From the IMG/VR virus record IMGVR_UViG_3300009678_000534, positions 1 to 31,994 of that record: DNA of 31,994 bases. One strand, written 5' to 3'. Source of the DNA: a virus. Taxonomy: Duplodnaviria > Caudoviricetes. A program made the position numbers and the translations under genes. Positions 25,777-31,994 of this stretch are shown one piece after another; position 1 is the first letter of the stretch; every line of letters begins with the position of its first letter. The notes beneath the pieces are model-generated. The model saw only the letters and a program-made list of their open reading frames with translations, had not been told where the DNA came from and searched no databases.

Positions 25777-28230
25777 ATGCCTAATTATGTTCCAGGAACA
25801 GGACCACTACAATCTAAGATTATGATTGTGGGCGAAGCCCCAGGTAAATATGAAGATGAGTATTGTAAACCTTTTGTTGGTCCGACTGGAGATTTACTAG
25901 ATGAACTTCTTGCAGAATCAGGCATTCAGCGCACAGATTGTTATGTTACGAATGTTGTTAAGTATCGTCCACCGGATAATGATTTCAAACGTCTTTCAGA
26001 AATCGGTGTGGATCTCAAGCAGCAAATTGAAAATCTTTGGAAAGAGATACGTCAACAACGACCAAATATTATCATCGCGCTTGGAGATAAAGCACTCGCT
26101 GCTACTACAGGGAAATCTGGAATCAATAACTATCGTGGAAGTATCCTTAGGTCCAAAGATGGGACACCAAAGGTAATAGCTACATTTCATCCAGCGAATC
26201 TACTCTATCAGCGTGGTAGGCAAGCAGGAAAGGGAATGTTCAAGTATGCTTGGAAGTATGTAATGATAGCAGACTTGAAGCGTGCTAAGGAACAGTCTAA
26301 GACTCCAGAATACTCTGTACCAGATAGAATACTAAAGATAGCGAGGAATAGCCTTGATCTCTATAGATTCCTTGAGCGAAATAAGCACCGTTCTATTGTG
26401 GACAGTGACATTGAGTCAATTAACTGTGTACCTGTATGCGTTGGATTCGCATTCGATAAACATGAAGCTATCTCGGTTCCTCTTTATCGTAAATTTGCTG
26501 GGGTTTCTATTAGCGACAATTCTCTTATTGACATTGCTGAACGGTGGGAACTAATAGCAAAGACTTTAAAAGAGAAGTCAATCATTGGACATAACTGGAA
26601 ATATGATGAAGAGAAACTTTACAGACTGGGACTTCATAGTGGAGAGTTACACGCCGACACTCTTCTCTTGGAACATACACTTAACCCTGAGTTACCGTCG
26701 AAAAAGCTTCATGTCATCTCATCCATCAGGACACTCGAACCCTATTATAAAGAGGAAGGCTCTGAATTTAGGTTTGGTAAAGATGATATTGACCAGCTAT
26801 TCCTATACAATGGAAAAGACTGCGCTGTAGATTATGAAGTTTTTGAAGATCAAGATGCCGAGCTTAGAGAAATGGCTGACTTATATAGTCCTAAGCTTGT
26901 TGATTTCTACTACGGTTATGTTCGTAAATTGCACCATTTCTATATTGAAATGGAAAGAGTAGGTTACAAGACGAATGAAGTAGAACGAGCTAGACTACAT
27001 AAGAAGTATAGACAGTGGCATAATGAAATACAAAAGAGATTCATAGAGAATGTTGGTAGACCAGTTAATGTTGGAAGTCCTAAGCAACTATTCAAATTGC
27101 TTTATCAAGAGCTTAATTGCCCGATGCGTAAGGATACAGGAGAAGATTCAATAGTATCTTTACTTACAAATGTAGTGAAAGATGAAAAGCGTAAAGCTAT
27201 TCTTAGTGATATTTTAGAAGACAGGAGAGTACGTAAAGCAGACTCAACATACATCCTAGCTAAACCTGATTACGATGGAAGGATGAGATCTTCTTATTTT
27301 ATTACAGGGACTGAAACTGGTAGAAGTTCTACGGGTGTCCTTAAACCTCCCGTTCGACCAAATAGATTGGGATGGTCAGATCATCAGTTACCCAAGCATG
27401 GAGATATTGGTCCAGATGTTAGACTCATGCTCGAACCAGATGAAGGATACGTCTTCTTAAACGTAGACTTAGCACAAGCAGAAGCAAGGATAGTAGCTGT
27501 ATTAGCAGAGGATTGGGATTTACTTAAAGCATTTGATAGCATTGATATTCATAGAAGAACTGCTGGCTTAGTTTTCGATATGATTAGTTTCATGGACTTT
27601 GGAACACCATGTTCTAATCCTGAAGTAGATAAGATAGGTAAGGATTCAGGTGAAAGATTTGTTGGAAAGAAGACTAGGCATGCTGGTAATTATGATATGG
27701 GTCCAGAGACTCATCATAAAGATGTAATGGCAGTTGCTCGGCGCAGCGGGATTAAACTAGACTATTCAGAATATAGAGCAAGTCGTGCATTACAGTTGTT
27801 CCATGAAGCATCACCTAAGATAAGGGGGATATTCCATCGTGACATTAAACACGCCATTGATACTACACGAGTTCTGGTCAATCCCTATGGTCGTGTTAGA
27901 ATGTTTCTCGATAGACCAGGAGAAGCAATGTATCGTGAAGCATACGCAGATATACCCCAATCAACAGTGCATGATACACTTACGGGAGCTGGTATTCGTA
28001 TCAAAGATAGAATACCTGACCTTCGTTTCGTTGCAGAAAAGCATGATTCTTTCACAGTCCTTGCTAAATGTGGAGAGGAGATACAAGTTGCTAAGATCAT
28101 GCAAGAGGAAATCGAGAGGCCAATTGACTTTACATATGGTAGCATTAAGAGATCTATTCAATTAATTATTCCAGCAGATTTTGAGATTGGGTACAAGAAT
28201 CTCAAGGAAATGGAGAAGCTAAAGGTATGA
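25777..28230 (+). CDS. polA: family A DNA polymerase with N-terminal family-4 uracil-DNA-glycosylase-like domain and 3'-5' exonuclease
   Basis: UDG: VGEAPG, PFVG, TNVVKYRPP, TFHPA. Exo: DIES, GHNWKYD, YNGKD. Pol: TETGRSS, DLAQAEAR, KKTRHAGNY, KHDS. Confidence 0.93.
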   Translation: MPNYVPGTGPLQSKIMIVGEAPGKYEDEYCKPFVGPTGDLLDELLAESGIQRTDCYVTNVVKYRPPDNDFKRLSEIGVDLKQQIENLWKEIRQQRPNIIIALGDKALAATTGKSGINNYRGSILRSKDGTPKVIATFHPANLLYQRGRQAGKGMFKYAWKYVMIADLKRAKEQSKTPEYSVPDRILKIARNSLDLYRFLERNKHRSIVDSDIESINCVPVCVGFAFDKHEAISVPLYRKFAGVSISDNSLIDIAERWELIAKTLKEKSIIGHNWKYDEEKLYRLGLHSGELHADTLLLEHTLNPELPSKKLHVISSIRTLEPYYKEEGSEFRFGKDDIDQLFLYNGKDCAVDYEVFEDQDAELREMADLYSPKLVDFYYGYVRKLHHFYIEMERVGYKTNEVERARLHKKYRQWHNEIQKRFIENVGRPVNVGSPKQLFKLLYQELNCPMRKDTGEDSIVSLLTNVVKDEKRKAILSDILEDRRVRKADSTYILAKPDYDGRMRSSYFITGTETGRSSTGVLKPPVRPNRLGWSDHQLPKHGDIGPDVRLMLEPDEGYVFLNVDLAQAEARIVAVLAEDWDLLKAFDSIDIHRRTAGLVFDMISFMDFGTPCSNPEVDKIGKDSGERFVGKKTRHAGNYDMGPETHHKDVMAVARRSGIKLDYSEYRASRALQLFHEASPKIRGIFHRDIKHAIDTTRVLVNPYGRVRMFLDRPGEAMYREAYADIPQSTVHDTLTGAGIRIKDRIPDLRFVAEKHDSFTVLAKCGEEIQVAKIMQEEIERPIDFTYGSIKRSIQLIIPADFEIGYKNLKEMEKLKV

Positions 28231-28376
28231 TAGAATTAAAGTATTGGATTATCTTTGATGGGATAGATCACCCAGAGATAATTGTAGCTAAGACTTGGAT
28301 AGAGTTATCAGCAGAATTAACTAAGAAAGTAATTTATCATAACAAACCACCAGAACACATTATAAGGAAATATTAA
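28227..28376 (+). CDS. 49-aa hypothetical protein
   Basis: Not in track. ATGA and TAATG overlaps; MIELKYWIIFDG... Confidence 0.55.
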   Translation: MIELKYWIIFDGIDHPEIIVAKTWIELSAELTKKVIYHNKPPEHIIRKY

Positions 28377-28588
28377 TGACTGCTAGATTCATAAAAGATA
28401 TTGAGAGATGTCCATATGTTCCTTCACAACCTGAATATGATGAATGGTGTAGAAAGGATGATGAGAGAACAAAAAAATTAGAAGAAGAATATCAAGAGTT
28501 AAAAGAGATAGCTAATCAAAACTTATCTAATTCAGATAGTGAAATCAGACAGATGGCGCATTTTGTGTTGGATATGATAAGAGATTAG
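28376..28588 (+). CDS. hypothetical protein
   Basis: Track ORF with AAGGA RBS. Confidence 0.65.
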   Translation: MTARFIKDIERCPYVPSQPEYDEWCRKDDERTKKLEEEYQELKEIANQNLSNSDSEIRQMAHFVLDMIRD

Positions 28589-28589
28589 A

Positions 28590-29852
28590 ATGAACTGGAT
28601 AAGCCAGGTCTTAGATGAAGCAAAAGAAGCTGAAACACCAACATCATATTTATATTGGAGCATGGTTGCCGCGCTGGCAGCAACAGCAGCTAATTATGTA
28701 TACATAAATAGAAAGGGAGTTTATCAGCTTCGCCCTAACGTATACATAATGCTCATGGGGCGCAGCGCACTGGGCAAAGGATTTCCAGTTAATACAGCGA
28801 AGAAGCTGGTTACGCTGGCTCGTTGTACAAGAGTAATTAGTGGAAGAAATTCTATTCAGTCTGTAGTTAAGGATTTAGCTACACAAGAAAGTAGCGAAGA
28901 TGGACCAGTATTCAAAGACTCACGTGGATTCTTCGTTAGTTCTGAATTTGCTACAAGTCTCATCAAAGATGAAGCAGCTCTCACAATACTCACCGATTTG
29001 TATGATTGTCACTGGAACGAAGAATGGAACAATAAGATTATCAGTAGGGGTACTGATAAGGTTATCAAACCCAATCTTACTATTCTCTCTGGTAGTTCCC
29101 CGTCCCATTTCTTTGACACTATTCCCCAGACAAACATCTCTGGTGGATTCGTGGGTAGAATGCTTATCATATATGAAGAAAAGCGTAGCAAGATAAATGA
29201 TCTTATGTCCGATGTTGAAGGAGAAGTAATAGAAGACTTTAAGTTTCCATATGATAAGCTTGCAGCGCACCTCAAGAATATAAATGAAACACTTAAAGAA
29301 GGACCAGAACGTAAATTCATGTGGACACCTACAGCTGCGAAGGTATGGCGTGCATGGTATACTCCACAGAGAAATAGAGAAGAGACAGAGGGTGAAGATA
29401 AGACAGGATTTAAAGGCCGTTTGCCTGATCATGTTCTTAAAGTTGCTATGTGCTTATCTTTATCTGAAGGTACAACTCTTAAGATTAATGAAACAAATAT
29501 TGAAGAAGCAATAGAGCAGACTAGTGGTTTGTTATATACTAGCAAACGAGTTACAGCTGGCATAGGTAAAGATCCCCTTGCGCCACAAGCAAAGATTATA
29601 CTTGAACATTTACTCAGCGCACCGAATCATGAACTTACTAGGAAAAGGTTACTCCAAAAGGGACACGGAGACTTTGACAGCGCAGTACTTGATAGGATTA
29701 TAGACACTGTATTTGTAGAGACTGGTTGGGTTGAAAAAGTTAGAGTGGTTGCTAATGTTAAAGGAGAGCTTCAACATGACTGGTCATATAAGCTAACTCC
29801 TGAAGGACTAGCTGATTATGAAAAATTTATAGAGATTGTAAAAGAGAAATAA
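28590..29852 (+). CDS. DUF3987-like P-loop replicative helicase with probable C-terminal winged helix
   Basis: RPNVYIMLMGRSALGKG, SSEF, LTDLYD, GGFVGRMLIIY, HVLKVAMCL. Confidence 0.7.
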   Translation: MNWISQVLDEAKEAETPTSYLYWSMVAALAATAANYVYINRKGVYQLRPNVYIMLMGRSALGKGFPVNTAKKLVTLARCTRVISGRNSIQSVVKDLATQESSEDGPVFKDSRGFFVSSEFATSLIKDEAALTILTDLYDCHWNEEWNNKIISRGTDKVIKPNLTILSGSSPSHFFDTIPQTNISGGFVGRMLIIYEEKRSKINDLMSDVEGEVIEDFKFPYDKLAAHLKNINETLKEGPERKFMWTPTAAKVWRAWYTPQRNREETEGEDKTGFKGRLPDHVLKVAMCLSLSEGTTLKINETNIEEAIEQTSGLLYTSKRVTAGIGKDPLAPQAKIILEHLLSAPNHELTRKRLLQKGHGDFDSAVLDRIIDTVFVETGWVEKVRVVANVKGELQHDWSYKLTPEGLADYEKFIEIVKEK

Positions 29853-29857
29853 TTCCT

Positions 29858-30082
29858 ATGACAGAGAAGAAGAGATTACAAAATAAGATAAATGATAAAG
29901 CTAGACGTGATAGACTGCGCGCTGCTGGCAAATGTTATACTTGTAAGAAGCCATCAATAAAGTTCACTCGTTGTTGGGACTGTAGACAGAAATTCAATAA
30001 AATTTGGATGGAGAAATATTATGAAGGACATGAACTTTCTAGATCTATTAAGAGAAGAATTTCAAAAGAATCTAGAACGTAA
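29858..30082 (+). CDS. basic CxxC/CxxC zinc-finger protein
   Basis: RLRAAGKCYTC...RCWDC. Confidence 0.65.
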   Translation: MTEKKRLQNKINDKARRDRLRAAGKCYTCKKPSIKFTRCWDCRQKFNKIWMEKYYEGHELSRSIKRRISKESRT

Positions 30083-30182
30083 AACAGGTTGGGGTAGAGT
30101 AGAGGTTATGACTGAGTTTGATAAAGCTAGCATAGCAGCAATGATGAAGTATGCTGCGCTGAAAGGAATAGAACTTTTATGA
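30030..30182 (+). CDS. 50-aa hypothetical protein
   Basis: Not in track. MNFLDLLREEFQKNLERKTGWGR...; ATGA overlap downstream. Confidence 0.55.
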   Translation: MNFLDLLREEFQKNLERKTGWGRVEVMTEFDKASIAAMMKYAALKGIELL

Positions 30183-30595
30183 AGTGGTTACTTATACTTA
30201 CTTTAACTATAGTCTCTGGATGTAATAAATCAAAAGAAAATATAATAGAATCAAAAATAACACAGAAGGAGGACTTTGTATATGATAGTTCTTATATTGG
30301 AATAGGTACTGGAACTATTACTATTAAAGGAGAATTTGTAGGTACATTAATTCTTGAATGTAAAATTACTAATGATACTAGTGGTTCAACTTGGGTAACA
30401 ATAAGTACTACTCAAATTCCTGACTGGACACATCATGATATGATAACAAAATCAGGAAGATCATATTTTAATTCTAATGGATGTTTTGCTGTTCGTATTA
30501 GAGCAATATCCTTTACTAATGGTGAAGCAATAATTGAAATAAACGAAGGAACAAAAATATTTCAATTTAAGAAGATTAAAGAAGGAGAAAAATGA
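30179..30595 (+). CDS. lipoprotein with a beta-sandwich domain
   Basis: MKWLLILTLTIVSG/C lipobox-type signal. Confidence 0.75.
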   Translation: MKWLLILTLTIVSGCNKSKENIIESKITQKEDFVYDSSYIGIGTGTITIKGEFVGTLILECKITNDTSGSTWVTISTTQIPDWTHHDMITKSGRSYFNSNGCFAVRIRAISFTNGEAIIEINEGTKIFQFKKIKEGEK

Positions 30596-31050
30596 GAATA
30601 CCAGTAGTTAATTATAGTGGAATGATAGCAGAGTTCATGACTAAGCACAAGCAAACGATTAGAGATTACCCTCAAATTCCTGAAGATGGTAATGAAAGAG
30701 AACTTAGAAGAAAGCTTATAGCTGAAGAAGCTATGGAGACTTGTGAAGCTCTAGCTAATAGTGATTTGATTTTAATTGCAGATGGTCTAGCAGATTTACT
30801 CTATGTGGTATTTGGTACTGCGCTATCCTATGGTATTCCTATGGAGACTATCTTCACAGAAGTTCATAGAAGTAACATGAGTAAGCCTAAGCTTGGTCAC
30901 ACTATGAATGGAACTAAAGTAGAGAAAGGTAGCTATTCCAAACCACAAATAGCTACCCTTCTAGAACAGCGCAGGCTTTTAATACAAAGCAATAAAAGAG
31001 AGTATGAGTCTATGCACAAGAAAGCTAATGCATTAGATGAAAATTTTTAG
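30592..31050 (+). CDS. MazG-like (PRA-PH / DR2231-type) NTP pyrophosphohydrolase
   Basis: LIAEEAMET...IADGLADLLYV...EVHRSNMSK. Confidence 0.85.
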   Translation: MRIPVVNYSGMIAEFMTKHKQTIRDYPQIPEDGNERELRRKLIAEEAMETCEALANSDLILIADGLADLLYVVFGTALSYGIPMETIFTEVHRSNMSKPKLGHTMNGTKVEKGSYSKPQIATLLEQRRLLIQSNKREYESMHKKANALDENF

Positions 31051-31994
31051 AACTTAATCCTTGGTAAACTTGAAGAACGCTTTGGTTGAAATGCAGGGGC
31101 AGAGCTACGATATGGTAACTCTAGCCCCTGTGCAATTGCTTCTTCAAGAGTTAATTCACCTGCATAGTATCTGCGTGCTGCTTGAATCTGTTGTGGTTCT
31201 ACAGATTGAGCAAACTGCTTCATCATGTTTACTGCTTGTTTTCCCTGTGGAATACCACGACCATACTTATCCTTGCCAGTTAAAGAATTGCCAAAGTTAT
31301 CTCTGTTAGTGGCAATGTTGATTGCACTAGATAATGGTGCTGATAAACGATTCTTAACTGGGTCAACAATAGCAGCGCGTAAATCTCCTTGTGCTGCCTT
31401 GTTAACTCCTTCTTCAATAGTTTTAATTGGTTCCACTGCTGTTCCATATGCAGGGAATATGCGCTGTTTATTTCCTTTAACTCCTGCATCCCTATCTCCC
31501 ATTGGAATACCAGTAACATCAGATGGCTTTTCTTTAGCATCATATAGAACTTTACCAGCATATGTGCTGAGACCATATTTAGGTGCTTTCATTATAGCAC
31601 CTCGCACTAATGCTTTTAAGTAAAGACTATCCTCTTTTCCAATTAGTGCCTTCAGGGATTTACCAGCAAGCTTTAACCTAGATTCCGCCCAATCTGGTGC
31701 AAGGATTCCAATTCTTGTGAGGTCAGAGATGGTTTTATCCCGAAGTGATTTTTCAATTCCGCCCATGAAAGTATTAGCATCAGACGCTGCTTTACGTAAT
31801 GCTTCGCCACGCCCCAATCCTTTGGCTGATAACTGATTAAATCTATCCACAGCAAAATCCAACTTATCAGCAGGTAATTTGAGCTTAAAGAGAGGATCTT
31901 CAAACAAACTCTTTTGAAGCTCGATTGCTTTCCCAGCGCCTGGGATATGCTTAGTAGCTTTTTGTTCCACTCTATTGAGATTTCTAATAAGGGC
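31047..31994 (-). CDS. C-terminal part of a large virion/ejection-type protein
   Basis: Frame is open to the window edge; helical A/G/K-rich sequence with INIATNRDNFGNSL; same strand as the virion genes. Confidence 0.55.
   Translation of the reverse strand, partial: ALIRNLNRVEQKATKHIPGAGKAIELQKSLFEDPLFKLKLPADKLDFAVDRFNQLSAKGLGRGEALRKAASDANTFMGGIEKSLRDKTISDLTRIGILAPDWAESRLKLAGKSLKALIGKEDSLYLKALVRGAIMKAPKYGLSTYAGKVLYDAKEKPSDVTGIPMGDRDAGVKGNKQRIFPAYGTAVEPIKTIEEGVNKAAQGDLRAAIVDPVKNRLSAPLSSAINIATNRDNFGNSLTGKDKYGRGIPQGKQAVNMMKQFAQSVEPQQIQAARRYYAGELTLEEAIAQGLELPYRSSAPAFQPKRSSSLPRIKF

Noticed and set aside
1-31994. Stop-codon reassignment
   Set aside because: Core genes are full length under code 11, all three stops are used, and the tRNA anticodon TAA reads UUA (Leu), so it is not a suppressor.

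Overview
AT-rich (roughly 35% GC by eye) tailed dsDNA phage genome segment with two divergent arms. The left arm (minus strand, 1-12956) is a late operon: candidate TerS, two signal-peptide-bearing proteins (one a 1158-aa heparinase II/III-like polysaccharide lyase candidate), small membrane proteins, TerL, portal, acidic scaffold and major capsid protein. The right arm (plus strand, 13874-31050) is a complete early/replication arm: SNF2-type helicase, free-standing LAGLIDADG endonuclease, C39-like peptidase, Cas4-like exonuclease, Sak4-like ATPase, SSB, tRNA-Leu(TAA), DUF1599/Nmad1 protein, UDG-fused family A DNA polymerase, DUF3987-like helicase, a lipoprotein and a MazG-like pyrophosphatase. 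It converges on the 3' end of a large virion protein. The most unusual signals are: (1) the 7-mer CAGCGCA/TGCGCTG occurs at least 30 times, on both strands and in different reading frames; (2) a ~570-nt nested RNA structure loops out a 73-aa ORF behind a sigma54-type promoter with IHF-like and enhancer-like sites; (3) a ~295-bp mirror-symmetric element carries IHF-like, TGT-N12-ACA and TTGGCA boxes at exactly symmetric positions; (4) one beta-sandwich domain is shared by a Sec-exported late protein and an early lipoprotein. All calls come from reading motifs by eye; no searches or folding programs were run.
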